From Octopus sinensis (lineage: Eukaryota): 64,000 bases of DNA. Location: contig NC_043013.1 in the NCBI RefSeq assembly GCF_006345805.1, positions 42,718,001 to 42,782,000 of the forward strand, written 5' to 3'. Positions 12,314 to 25,900 of the stretch are shown piece by piece; the stretch's first letter is position 1, and every line of letters begins with the position of its first letter. Below the pieces are notes generated by a model, which saw nothing but the letters and a program-made list of their open reading frames with translations, searched no databases and was not told where the DNA came from. The translations under genes and the position numbers were made by a program.

Positions 12314-12944
12314 TATATATAGTGGCGTACATACACTTTGTTCTCTTATATATATACATATACAACTTCATATGTGTATGTATACATATACATACTCCCA
12401 TGAATTACTATTTGTATAATGATAATAAGATTGTCAAGTCATTAACCTAAGGATGTAGATACATTCCTACCTGGCTCTCACTACTTAATTTCAATGGCAG
12501 TACCTACACATACACACATGAGTGAGTGAACAAATGGCAGAAAATAGCACCCAATGCATTTTACATTCAGTAAGAGTTATATATATATTTTTTAATGACA
12601 GTTTAACTTGGTTCCATATGACTTGAAGTTTTGTGGGCTTGTAAAATAAACCCATCTTATTAAGATATCTAAATATCTAATGAGATTGATTCATCTTATA
12701 AGCCCACAAAAGCATGTCATATGAAGGTGAGGAAAATTGGCAGCAACCCAGCAGAATCATTATCACGGTGGGCAAAATGCTTGGCAGCATTTCGTCTGTC
12801 TGCACGTTCTGAGTTCAAATTCTGCCGAGGTCGACTTTGCCTCCTTTTGGAGTCAGTAAAATAAGTACCAGTTAAACACTGGGGTTGATGTAATCGACTC
12901 CTCCACCTCCCCCAAAATTGCTACCCTTCCAGCAAAGTTTGAAA

Positions 12945-12995
<51 letters not shown>

Positions 12996-13001
12996 GATAT
13001 A

Positions 13002-13222
13002 CAGGATGGTACAAAAGTGTGGACCCGTAGGCAATTTATTATATAGCAATCTATGGTTTACAAGTTCTACTCTTTCTGAAATTGTTAGCTTTTCTGCCAA
13101 GGCTACCAATCTGAAAGACAGAAAAATAAAATTAGATATGATGATTATATGATCAAAATCATGTTAAAGATAAGAAATACTTTTTTGTAAGTTCTCTATG
13201 GCTCCAGACTTTTGCACCACCC

Positions 13223-13224
<2 letters not shown>
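13002..13224. mobile_element. Tc1-like MITE
   Basis: Left caggatggtacaaaagtgtggacccgtag; right ctatggctccagacttttgcaccaccctg. Confidence 0.6.
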
Positions 13225-13229
<5 letters not shown>

Positions 13230-13254
<25 letters not shown>

Positions 13255-13471
13255 CATATATTGAAATTTTTTCTGATTTTTCAGATTTTTTATATGCTAG
13301 GCTACTGGTTTTTAAATTGATATTAATTAAATTAATATTCAATTTATCTCCCTCATTATATATATATGTATATATGTATGTGTATATATACATATATATA
13401 TATATGTGTATATATATATTTGTATGTATGTGTATATATGTATATGTATAATATATATATATATATATTTG

Positions 13472-13504
<33 letters not shown>

Positions 13505-13545
13505 TGTATGTGTATATATATATATATATATATTATTTCTTTATA
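13230..13545. repeat. (TA)n/(TG)n compound microsatellite
   Basis: Direct inspection. Confidence 0.85.
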
Positions 13546-14006
13546 TTATATATGTATAGGCACACATACACCTGCACTTATCTACTTACCTATTATATTT
13601 ATATTTACACCTATACCATGGAAATAAACGAGTGGATATCTTTTTTACATGCTTTTACATTTTTTCATTTTGTTGCTTATATTTAAAGCAAATATTTTTT
13701 CAAAAATTACAAAACAAAATGGTTTTATATTTTTTTCTTTTTTATTTACAAAAATCATGTGTGATAACACTTTTATTTTGTTTGTATTTTTCTGTTGTTT
13801 CTTTTTTTCTAATAAATAAATCCTCAGAAATCTATATTTTTTTTTGTCCAGTAATTAAAACTTTCATAAGGGTATAGTTGTTGTCGTTGTTGTTCTTGTT
13901 GTTTAATACTAAGTTGATCTCAGTCCAGCAGACCTGTGATCAAAGATCTTTCAACCAGAACCATCTTGTTCTTTTTTCTTTTTTTATTTCTACAGACATA
14001 GACGTA

Positions 14007-14410
14007 GGAGTGGCTGTGTGGTAAGTAGCTTGCTTACCATCCACATGGGTCTGGGTTCAGTCCCACTGCGTGGCACTTTGGGTAAGTGTGTTCTACTATA
14101 GCCTCGGGCCAACCAAAGCCTTGTGAGTGGATTTGGTTGAAAGAAGCCCGTCGTATATATATGTACGTATGTATGTGTGTGTGTGTGTGTGTGTGTATGT
14201 TTCTGTGTTTGTCCCCCCCCCCCAACATTGCTTGGCAACCGATGCTGGTGTGTTTACGTCCCCGTAACTTAGCGGTTCAGCAAAAGAGACTGATAGAATA
14301 AGTACTAGGCTTAGAAAAAAATAAGTCCTGGGGTCGATTTGCTCAACTAAAGGCGGTGCTCCAGCACGGCCACAGTCAAATGACTGAAACAAGTAAAATG
14401 GTAAAAGAGT
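14007..14410 (+). mobile_element. SINE family S2
   Basis: Full-length match to 11130-11548. Confidence 0.85.
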
Positions 14411-14600
14411 AAATCTTCATTCAGCATGCTGCCAAGATATTTGAAGGAAGATGTGTTTTCCCAAGTATCACCATTGACTGCTATTTTAGGATTCACACAA
14501 AGCTTTCCTGGGTTTGTTATAAGCGTAACTATTTTTATCAATATTATTGTTAGGCCTGACAGGTTATTTGTTAATGAAATTTTATCCATTAAAGTTTAAA
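14405..14600 (-). pseudogene. Non-LTR retrotransposon RT remnant
   Basis: Minus-strand translation contains SFKYLGSMLNED (the FKYLGS motif of the LINE RT thumb region). Confidence 0.5.
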
Positions 14601-15074
14601 GACCTTTCTCATTATGTGCAACAATATCACAAGTGTACAAAAGGTCTCTTATCTGAAATACAAAAGCAGTCTTGTTCACCACACAAGATTACAAGAAACA
14701 AAGCATTCTAATAATAGATTATCACCACCAGTAAAAAAAAAAAAAAAAAAAACATATGCCTACAAACAATATTAATTGTCATGATTCTGTATTGTAGTTA
14801 ATTGGAAAGAGACTTGTAGTTGTGGTACAAGCTATAAATCATCAGTTAGGTTTAAAAAAATGAAAATTGTTACTGTTTTACAACTCGGTTCATTCGCAAA
14901 CAATAAACATACTCATTATTGTATCAGCTTTCATCATATATATATGTATATATATATATGATGCAAAATAAAGCATGTTACTCAAAGGCACAAACCACCA
15001 CTGGGGATCAAACACATGACCTTGCAATCATGAGCAATACACCTTAACATCTAAGCCATACCTCTTCACAATTT

Positions 15075-15077
<3 letters not shown>

Positions 15078-15105
<28 letters not shown>

Positions 15106-15333
15106 TTCTGTTTATATATGTATATAGATATATGTATGTATATTGGTATATATATATATATATATTATGTATATATATATATATATATGTATATTATGTA
15201 TATATATATATATATATGTATATTATGTATTATATGTGTATATATATATATATGTATATTATGTATATATATGTGTATATATATATATTTGTATATTATG
15301 TATATAATGTGTATATATATATATGTATATATA

Positions 15334-15368
<35 letters not shown>

Positions 15369-15550
15369 TATGTATATATATGTGTATATATATATGTATT
15401 ATATGTGTATATGTATATATATGTGTATATGTATATATGTGTATATATATATATATTATATATATATATATGTGTGTATATATATATATATGTGTATATG
15501 TATATATATATATGTGTGTATGCATATATATATATATATGTGTGTGTATG

Positions 15551-15603
<53 letters not shown>

Positions 15604-15648
15604 ATATATATATGTGTATATATGTGTGTGTATATATATATATATACA
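15078..15648. repeat. About 570-bp compound (TA)/(TG) microsatellite
   Basis: Direct inspection; source of the spurious YI/CV-rich ORFs. Confidence 0.95.
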
Positions 15649-16199
15649 CGAGCAAAACGCCCACCGTCCAATGGACGGTGCTGAGTTGTCAAACATTTAA
15701 ACCAAATTTTCTCAAAACAACTTGTCTGACTGTCCCATAGGCCTCCCCTTTGACAAACACTGATTTAACCTAAATTTGAGACACCAGCAAAAGAAGAAAT
15801 AAAGATAGGCTTTTTTGCTATTCCAAAGAGAAATGATTATATTCACACAAATATGCAACCGAAGAGTTTAAAGTACCAGTAATGATAAGGCTGTTGACTG
15901 GGAGAACACAAACATGGTTTAAACAGTAAGCTTGGCAGGAAAGAAACGTGCCTTTAGCAGTACAAAAACAACAAAAAATGGAAGGTGCAGTTATGTACAG
16001 GTTGAAAGAAGAAAAGCAGGACAAAAACGATACATGCAAATGGGTTAGCTGGAGGTAAATCTAGATGGAAAAGCATGATGAATTTATGAGAACGTACCTG
16101 GGACAATAATAAGTTTATCCGATAAAACATGTAGGAAATCAACTTGGGGCGATTTTTGATGAAAAGCAACAACCTAGGGAACTAAGTAACTAATTTTAA

Positions 16200-16405
16200 G
16201 CTAATGTACTTGCCCATACAAATGCACGTTCCCACGGCTTTATTGATCGCATTTTCACCTGGAATCAATTTTTGTAATTTTTTCAAGACTTATACATGCC
16301 CTGATACCGTCAGTATCTACATATCAAATTTGAGCACAATTGGATGGAGGATGCCTGAGATCCTACAAGACACACACACAGACAGAACGGATTTTATATA
16401 ATAGA
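16200..16405 (+). mobile_element. Helentron/DINE-1-like non-autonomous element (copy at 17891-18100)
   Basis: 3' end ...cacacacagacagaacggattttatataatagat resembles DINE-1/HINE termini. Confidence 0.4.
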
Positions 16406-16758
16406 TGAATGTGTCATGTATATATATATATATATATATATACGAAGTAAAATATATATATATATGTGCCGGTGGCACGTAAAAAGCACCATCCGATCGT
16501 AGCCGTATGCCAGCCTCGTCTGGCACGTAAAAAGCACCCACTACACTTACGGAGTGGTTGGCGTTAGGAAGGGTATCCAGCCGTAGAAACATTGCCAGAT
16601 CAGACTGGGCCTGGTGCAGCCATCTGGCTTCCCAGACCCCAGTTGAACCGTCCATGGAAAGCGGGCGCTAAACGATGATGATGATGATATATTAGGGTTA
16701 GAATTATTAATCGACACATTATTATCTTATAACAGCAATGCCTAGAAAAATCTTGGAT

Positions 16759-17260
16759 TACATAGAAAAATGCAAGCATGAAGAGTCATATTCTTAAGAT
16801 TATAAACCTGGAAAAGTACAGGACAAGTTTTACACCTTTAAAAGTATAGGACAAGCTATTACTTCTAGTAAAGAATGAGAAACTTTTTACTTAAAATATT
16901 GGATCTAAAATTAAAATTTGAATATCAAAACTTATTTTATTATAGTTTACAAATAACACTATACATATTTAAGTAGAATTTGGCTAATTTACTACCTTAA
17001 ATACAGAAGTGACTAATTAGACAAACTTACAAATTAGCTGAACAGTTTTGTACAATAAATTTAAAAGATGAGAACTGTAAAGAGTGATAAATTAGAAGAA
17101 CTGGCATTCTTTGCTGCAATATTTTAAGTAAAAAGTTTCTTATTCTTTACTAGAAGTAATAGCTTGTCATACACTTTTCCTGGTGTAATAACTTGTCCTT
17201 TGCTTCTCCAGGTTTATAATCTCAAGAATATTACTTTTCATGCTCGCATTTTTCCATGTA
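16759..17260. mobile_element. Foldback MITE with about 140-bp TIRs (copy at about 18457-18962)
   Basis: 16759-16901 is the reverse complement of 17116-17260; TA at both ends. Confidence 0.75.
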
Positions 17261-17261
17261 G

Positions 17262-17294
<33 letters not shown>

Positions 17295-18964
17295 ATATAT
17301 ATATGTGTATATATGTGTGTGTATATATATATATATACACGAGCAAAACGCCCACCGTCCAATGGACGGTGCTGAGTTGTCAAACATTTAAACCAAATTT
17401 TCTCAAAACAACTTGTCTGACTGTCCCATAGGCCTCCCCTTTGACAAACACTGATTTAACCTAAATTTGAGACACCAGCAAAAGAAGAAATAAAGATAGG
17501 CTTTTTTGCTATTCCAAAGAGAAATGATTATATTCACACAAATATGCAACCGAAGAGTTTAAAGTACCAGTAATGATAAGGCTGTTGACTGGGAGAACAC
17601 AAACATGGTTTAAACAGTAAGCTTGGCAGGAAAGAAACGTGCCTTTAGCAGTACAAAAACAACAAAAAATGGAAGGTGCAGTTATGTACAGGTTGAAAGA
17701 AGAAAAGCAGGACAAAAACGATACATGCAAATGGGTTAGCTGGAGGTAAATCTAGATGGAAAAGCATGATGAATTTATGAGAACGTACCTGGGACAATAA
17801 TAAGTTTATCCGATAAAACATGTAGGAAATCAACTTGGGGCGATTTTTGATGAAAAGCAACAACCTAGGGAACTAAGTAACTAATTTTAAGCTAATGTAC
17901 TTGCCCATACAAATGCACGTTCCCACGGCTTTATTGATCGCATTTTCACCTGGAATCAATTTTTGTAATTTTTTCAAGACTTATACATGCCCTGATACCG
18001 TCAGTATCTACATATCAAATTTGAGCACAATGGATGGAGGATGCCTGAGATCCTACAAGACACACACACAGACAGACAGAACGGATTTTATATAATAGAT
18101 GAATGTGTCATGTATATAATATATATATATATATATACGAAGTAAAATATATATATATATGTGCCGGTGGCACGTAAAAAGCACCATCCGATCGTAGCCG
18201 TATGCCAGCCTCGTCTGGCACGTAAAAAGCACCCACTACACTTACGGAGTGGTTGGCGTTAGGAAGGGTATCCAGCCGTAGAAACATTGCCAGATCAGAC
18301 TGGCCTGGTGCAGCCATCTGGCTTCCCAGACCCCAGTTGAACCGTCCATGGAAAGCGGGCGCTAAACGATGATGATGATGATATATTAGGGTTAGAATTA
18401 TTAATCAACACATTATTAATTATCTTATAACAGCAATGCCTGGAAAAATCTTGGATTACATAGAAAAATGCAAGCATGAAGAGTCATATTCTTAAGATTA
18501 TAAACCTGGAAAAGTACAGGACAAGTTATTACACCTTTAAAAGTATAGGACAAGCTATTACTTCTAGTAAAGAATGAGAAACTTTTTACTTAAAATATTG
18601 GATCTAAAATTAAAATTTGAATATCAAAACTTATTTTATTATAGTTTACAAATAACACTATACATATTTAAGTAGAATTTGGCTAATTTACTACCTTAAA
18701 TACAGAAGTGACTAATTAGACAAACTTACAAATTAGCTGAACAGTTTTGTACAATAAATTTAAAAGATAAGAACTGTAAAGAGTGATAAATTAGAAGAAC
18801 TGGCATTCTTTGCTGCAATATTTTAAGTAAAAAGTTCCTTATTCTCTAGTTTACGAGAAGTAATAGCTTGTCCTATACTTTTCCAGGTGTAATAACTTGT
18901 CCTTGCTTCTCCAGGTTTATAATCTCAAGAATATTACTTTTCATGCTCGCATTTTTCATGTAGT

Positions 18965-18997
<33 letters not shown>

Positions 18998-19313
18998 TCT
19001 GTTGTGTTTGGGGAGAGTTATTCTCTTTTAGTGCCTTATTATTTAAGTCTTGACTATTGAAAAGGTTGCAAAACGCAACGAAAATTTTAGAAAATAAATA
19101 TAAGAAATAAGTGGAAATTTTACCGGTGAGTGTGTTAAATAATAATGCACTACAAGAGAATGACTATCCCCAGACACAACAGAATATGCACACGAACTCA
19201 TATAAAGAATTTTGCAAACCAAATCCAAAAACGAAATATAAATATATATATCACACACACGTACGTGTGAATATATGTATGTATTCTAAATCAGGGGAGA
19301 TCACGCTTGACAA

Positions 19314-19365
19314 CCAATTTCTAGGGCGTGTTTGGATTGGATGTAATTAGTGATAGAGATATAAA
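19314..19365 (+). promoter_or_regulatory. Candidate core promoter of the PNGase F-like gene
   Basis: CCAAT at 19314-19318, ATTGG at 19336-19340 and TATAAA at 19360-19365, 77 nt before the ATG; motif-based only. Confidence 0.35.
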
Positions 19366-19441
19366 TTGTTACGAGAACAGTGGTGTGTTTACTATTGTCA
19401 AAGCGCAAGTTTGAAGTTCAGTTTTATCAAAGCCTCGTACA

Positions 19442-19953
19442 ATGGCTACTCATATGAATCTGACTTTCTTAACACTTACTGTATATCTTTTGTTTGGTCT
19501 CTCTGTCGGTGAATACCAACTCCGATATCAAAACATTCCCGGAAGGGACATACAGAAATTATCAACTTCCCATGGGGGCCAGTTACGAAGTTTTCAAAAC
19601 AATGTGGCCCTGAGGAATCTGAAGGCCCGGCAACATCACGGAAATCCCAAACGACCTACTGACGGCTTCGGCAGGTTTACTTACACACCGAACGACAAGG
19701 CCCCTCCTTTTGTTTTGAATAGCTTGGAAGGAACTTTGAAATATCCGAGTGCTTTATTCGCCAACAGTTCTCTCATATTTGTAGTCTTCGATAACCAGTC
19801 CAGTTATGTCGACTGTATGTGGCACTCGAATGAAGCCTTACTTCCACTCGTCCAGAGCAAACTCGAAGATATCCACTACGTGTTTCTACCTTCGGGAAAC
19901 GAAGATCCTTTATTGACGGCTAAATGGTTATACAAACGTCTAGAATCATTGGG
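19442..19953 (+). CDS. PNGase F-like gene exon 1 (signal peptide + N-terminal domain)
   Basis: ORF 19442..19957; donor GTAATA at 19954, phase 2. Confidence 0.85.
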
Positions 19954-22900
19954 GTAATATCTCCCTCACTCAATTTTTATCTGTCTTTCATTCTTTCTCT
20001 TTTGCTATCTGTCTCTTTTACTGGTTCAAATCAGCTGACAGAGGTACACCCGTATTTATTTATTTATTTATCTTTCCTTAATTCGTTACAGGCAACACTT
20101 TACGTTTTTATTTACAACAGTCTCTCGTTCTTGCTCGCCTCTATTTTCATTAATGATAATTTAATAATAGCTACATAACTTTGATACGAGGCGCAATTTC
20201 AAGAATATTATCAGTTTCCGGAGTTTGTTAAATGAATATTTTTGATAAGATAAAAGAATTTTAATATACAGGTATAATTTTTTTTTTTTAATGAAATGAT
20301 TTTGTTGGTATGGCCACTTGGAATGCGATAAGCCTTACAATAATAACTATGTGATCCTTGCTATTTCTAGCACGCTAAATAAGGTTTTTAACGAACTTTC
20401 ATTTATATATAATATGCGACTGAAAGAGAAAATTTAGCAGCAAAAGCACAAGGGCAAAGAGAAAGACGGGCAACTGAATCTGATTAAACCAGGGTAAAGC
20501 GACTGAAACGGATGTCTGAATATGCACAGAGATGTAGACCCGATTCTGTTTCCGCTGCTCATGACCGACTGGTTAGGGTATCTCGAGAGGAGAATATTCA
20601 AAATAACGGTGTCAGATCACAAATTGTTGATGCAACACTAAAGAGATCTTTTCTTTGGGATCATAAAAATAGGGGTGGGAGCGCTGAGGATATTATGTGG
20701 CCATGAGAGGGGGGGGCCAAAAAGTTTGAGAACCTCTGTATTAGATCATTTTAAATTTGGGTATATTTGAAAAAGTAAGGAAACGTCATTCCCATGTGTT
20801 CTCACACCACTAGACTTTTGTGTGTGTGTTTCCCTTCATCCATCTATGCACACCTATGTAAGTTCTACCAATTATCTCTATATATATAAACGGCAAAATG
20901 TCTATCTGCATGCGTCTCCTTTATACAAATCCACAATTTTTCAGTTAGAGGGCTTGCACTTTCTATGGTCATTCAAAACCGTCCAAGGGTGGTCGTGCAC
21001 ATCTTTACATTTCCCCAGTCACCCCGCAAAGCCATTAAAAAAATCAATTGAAGTGACTCTTTGATGTTTTGAGTTTTTCAATATCCAACTCCCTCACTCA
21101 GACAAACCCACCAGGTTGATCAGGCCCCCCAACGTGCATGCTAGCAGCAAGTGTATGAACCAGTTCTCTCACCCCAAAACTCCCTGGTGAATTTCTCTGC
21201 AAGCTTCACTTGCAGGTTGATTGGCCCTCATTGCTACCTCTGTAAAACTCAGTTGCTAGAGGAATTGACAAAGTGGGCATCTTCCAAAGTCTCTACAGTC
21301 CACCCCCAAAGACTCATGTTTTATTCTTCAAAACAGCAACGTGAGAATATTCCTCACAGACCAGCAAAGGAGTCTGGTGATAAGGTGACAAATCTGATTT
21401 GTTAAATTAAAAACTGTCTGTGTATTTATAAGACACAGGTGACTCAAAATGGCTGGTTACTTCTTAGTATAAGTTTTTGATACCAAAAGAATTGCAGACA
21501 AAAACTGTTAATTTATCAAAGGTTGATTAACAGAAATGATCTGACTACAAAGCAGCCTGTGTCATAAAAGAGCAATCTGATTGGCTACAAATATCCAAGC
21601 AAAAGAACGAATCATGTCACATTCCTTAGTGTTAAATGCTACATATAATGCATACATACACGATGTATATATCTATGTATCAATCAATCAATCAGTTTCA
21701 GTTCTCTGTGATCAACTAAACCCTTAAAATCAGTGCAACATCCACTGACTGAAACCAGTCAATAGAATAAAGCATAGTCAGATTATTCTAGTACAGTCAG
21801 TCTATACCTGTATTTCTCTCTCTCTCTCATTTTTCTTCTTACTCTTCCTCTTCGTTTTTGCCTTCATTGTCATTATATACAATGTGTTTTCCATTCTCCA
21901 GTGAAAGATTTTCTTCAAGGCTAACATACATTCATAAATCAATTAGGGTTAAATTAGATTTTATTATGTATAAAGTTACAGTGTGTTTTGTGTGATAGCG
22001 GTCTTGTAATAATAAGCACATGTGCGTATATTCATGTATGTGTGTATAAGAACATTTTCACTTATGTATATATATAACAATGTGCCTGTATGCAAGCATG
22101 ATGGCAAGCCGTCTTTTGCTGATAGCAGTTCTTCACAAGTGGGAAACTCAAGAGGCTAATGTGTTATGGTGCATGCTATTGTTAACAGGTTGTAACAATA
22201 GGAGCCATGTGGCTGTGATTGTTGTGTTGTAGCAAGGTGACAATAGTGGCTGTCACTGCCTAATGGTTGGACAGCAGTTTTCTAACATGGTGTCTTCCTT
22301 TTTTGAATGCCAGACTTTATCTGACTAAATGACATTTTTTTTTGTCTATTTTTATAATACAAAGCTGAGTTATGCAAAAGAAGAATTTGACTGGTCAGTT
22401 TAAACAAAATAAACATGACAGCACCCCTGCGACTCCATAGAGAGCTGAGGGCCCTGGACAAATCATATCTACATTAATATTGAGATTAAAACCTCCTATT
22501 TAAACAGACATACAAGTATAATAGTCAAGTGTACATTATCTGTGTGGCATAATTTAAATCTCTTTGTTCACTGATCTTCAATCTTTAACTTTTTATCTCT
22601 TCTATCTTTTACATGTTTCAGTCATTAGACTTGCGGTCATGCTGGGGCACCACCTTGAAGAATTTTAGTTCAACTAATCAACCCCAGTACTATTTTTGTT
22701 TTAAGCCTGGTACTTATTTTATCAGTCTCTTTTGCCAAACCACTAGGTTTTGGGGTGGGACACACACACACATGTATGGCAGGCTTCTTTCAGTTTCTGT
22801 CAACCAAATCCACTCAAGGCTTTGGTCAACCCGAGGCTATAGTAGGAAACACTTCCCCAAGCTGACACACTGTAGGACTGAACCCAAAACCTTGTGGTTG

Positions 22901-25900
22901 GGAAGCAAACTTCTTACCACACAGCCATGCATGACCTAAACAATTAGTTTTTATATGCATATTTTTTTAATAACTTTTTTTAATTGAGAATTTTTTTTAA
23001 TTATCAAATTTTTTTTTAAATTTTCACTACTTGTTTACTCTATCCCTACCCTTATTTTAATTTTTACTATTTTACCAGGACCAAGTCAAGTTCCAATTGG
23101 AAATTCAATCATAAAAATTTTCACTTTGCTATCCAGTCTGTGTCAAATTTGACCAATTGGATTCCTGACTGCTTGAATGAATGGGCATGTTCTGACCATG
23201 GTTGTGGGTATGACCAAGTGATCATTAATTTTGAAGGTAATATTCATGTTGCTATTGTTATTTTTATGGTATTCCTTTATTAATATCCTTCCTTTTTGCA
23301 GACTATTTTTTAGTGTGCTTTGTGATTTTTAGCATAACACCATAGGGAGCCAAGGCTCAAGTCAAAGCATATGTAGATAAATATTGGTTTCAAATTTTGG
23401 CACAAAGCCAGCAAATTCGGTGAGGGTAGGCGCTAGCTGATTACATCAACTCCAGTTCTCAACTGATATTCATTTTATCAACCCCAAAAGGATGAAAGGC
23501 AAAATCAACCTTGGCAGAATTTGAACTCAGAACATAAAGACATATGAAATGTCATGAAGCATTTTGCTTGGTTTGCTAATGGTTCTGCCAGCTCACCGCT
23601 TTCATATCTACATAATTGTTGAGATTAACACCTATTTAAATAGACATACAAATATGATAGACATACAAGTATAATAGTCAAGTGTACATTATCTATGAAG
23701 TTGTTTTGTCTCAGATGAGACTCTTTATCCTCTCTACTCTACGTTGTCCCTTATCTTCCATTCACCTCTAGAGAGGTTGTTTAATCCCTGATAAGACTTA
23801 AGAGTCCCCTCTACCCCATTTAGTCTCGGCACATTTATTCACTGGCACCAGAGAAGTTGTCTCAACTCTGGCAAGGCTAAAGAGATTCTTCTCTTCTTTG
23901 TGTAGTCTTTCTATGTTCTTTTCTTTTCCCCACCACTGCATTGGGAAGTGAGCCAGATACAGACCTAAAAACGGTGTGTGACCCTTGAAAAAAATAACTG
24001 AACTACGTACTACTGTCCATTCAGATGTTGTCAATCTCCAATTGTATGCAAACCAAAAAATGCTTAAAAGTATGTTAAATGCTTTTGAGACAGACACAGA
24101 ATACTCTTCTAGTGATGCAAACCCTGGAACTATTTTAAACTCAGCAAGTCTGGTACCTTATCCAGCCAATCTGAATCATATCAATACCACTCCAGACAAT
24201 GTTATGGTCACCAAATGATTCTTACATTCTGGCACTCTTTCTTTCCAAAACTAAACATTTCTTGGCCACTTTTAGATATCTGTCTTCCATTAATTGTTTT
24301 CCAATTTCAAGAATAGTTCCCATGATACCATTGTTTTAATTGTCTTGGATATCATTAACCCTTTAGCATTCAGATTATTCTGTCAAATGTAGTGCTTATT
24401 TATTCACATTGTTTTGAAATAATCATGCATTAACTTGTAGTCATCAAATTTCAATGATGTGATTGTTTATTTTTAGAACAACATTGTGAGGTAGGTGTGA
24501 CAGGCTGGATCTGACCAGTTGGAACATAAAACAAGTAGACTATTATGGCCGGTTTAAATGGTAAAGAATTAAGCTTTAAAAAAATCTGGACATTGTATTT
24601 CCTTAATTAACAACTCATTGGTTACAAGCCAAACAAAACATAAAATCTGTCTACTACCACTCCATAAATTATTTTATAAATGCTTGAATGAATTTTCTTC
24701 CTACAGGAAATCATTTGCCAGTCACTTTGAAACGCTTGGATGCACGCTATGACTGGTTACCTTCACCAAAGAACTTCATCAACAAGACTGTTGAATTAGA
24801 CATAATATGGAATGGCTGCAAACGTATCCCCCACCTTTCACCGCCAGACAAAGTTGCTTTGGTCTACAATAATGGCTGCAGCATTTTTCAACAGGTATTA
24901 CATTAAATAAACATTAGATAAACTTGGAACAATTTCAAACACATAAGATCATACAGACCCTCTTTATAACACAAAAACATATATCTTTCTTTATTAATGC
25001 TGTAATTGTAATTTGATCCTTCAGTACTGGAGTAATGAAATATATTCGATGAGATTCCAGTGAATTATTTACATTATTTACATTCGACGGATATTTGTCC
25101 TCATCTTGTTTATTGCTAACACAACACGGACATATGGTGTAGTGGTTAAGAGCACGGGCTACTAACCCCAAGATTCCAAGTTCGATTCCAAGCAGTGACC
25201 TGAACAATAACAATAATAATAATAATAATAATAATAACATCGAAAACTACCTTAGGAATGAGAACTCAGGTTCGAAATTTCCCCAAGATACCTGAAGAAG
25301 GCTGGAGAGTATATCAGCCAAAAATTGTGTTAACAAACAAGATGAGGACAAATATCTGTCAAATGTAAATAATGTACATCATTCCTCATCTTTTAAATAT
25401 AGAACTGTAGATTCCAGCGAAGAAGAAAAGAACTCGTATCTCATTTTACTTGGATAAGAATTATATTATAAAATCAGCAAACAAAAAAGACCCAAGCAAG
25501 AATGCACATATGGAAGAAAGACTCAGTTTTCAGGAAAGCCAACAGATTGAAAGCCACATTCATGTGCCAAAAATCTATTGGTCATCTTATTCTTAACTAT
25601 TAGAGCACATGCACGCGCGTGCACACACACAGAAATAACCTGGGGCTCTTTTGACATTATTGAAAGAGGCAACAGATATCAAAACTAAGTGAGAGAAAGG
25701 ATGCCAGGCATAATCAGAAAGGGCTATGGCTGGAGCAAACTACATTAAAGATGGAGATAACTGGGTAGGGGATAATGATCATGATAATGATGTTGTTCAT
25801 GATGATAAAGATTAGAAAAATTTCTTTCAAAATCTCACTATCTCTTTCCCTCTTTTTCCTTCTTTCTGTCTCTCTCTTCCCATTCTCGTAGATCACCAAT

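Larger units (their letters stand above)
15580..18975. repeat. Tandem duplication of an approximately 1.69-1.70-kb unit
   Basis: gagcaaaacgcccacc at 15650 and 17341 (offset 1691); unit ends at 17260 and 18962 (offset 1702); junctions lie in (TA)n. Confidence 0.95.

Noticed and set aside
15082-15740. 200-218 aa ORFs
   Set aside because: Translation of the compound microsatellite.
19124-19130. + strand donor-like CCG|GTGAGT suggesting a 5' UTR exon
   Set aside because: Cannot be distinguished from chance without transcripts; a TATA/CCAAT set lies downstream of it.
23985-24218. 77-aa ORF as an extra or alternative exon of the glycanase gene
   Set aside because: Exons 2 and 3 already join in phase, and there are no convincing splice sites or family motifs.
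25125-25200. Possible tRNA gene
   Set aside because: A and B boxes are present but there is no proper acceptor stem; it is a SINE head.
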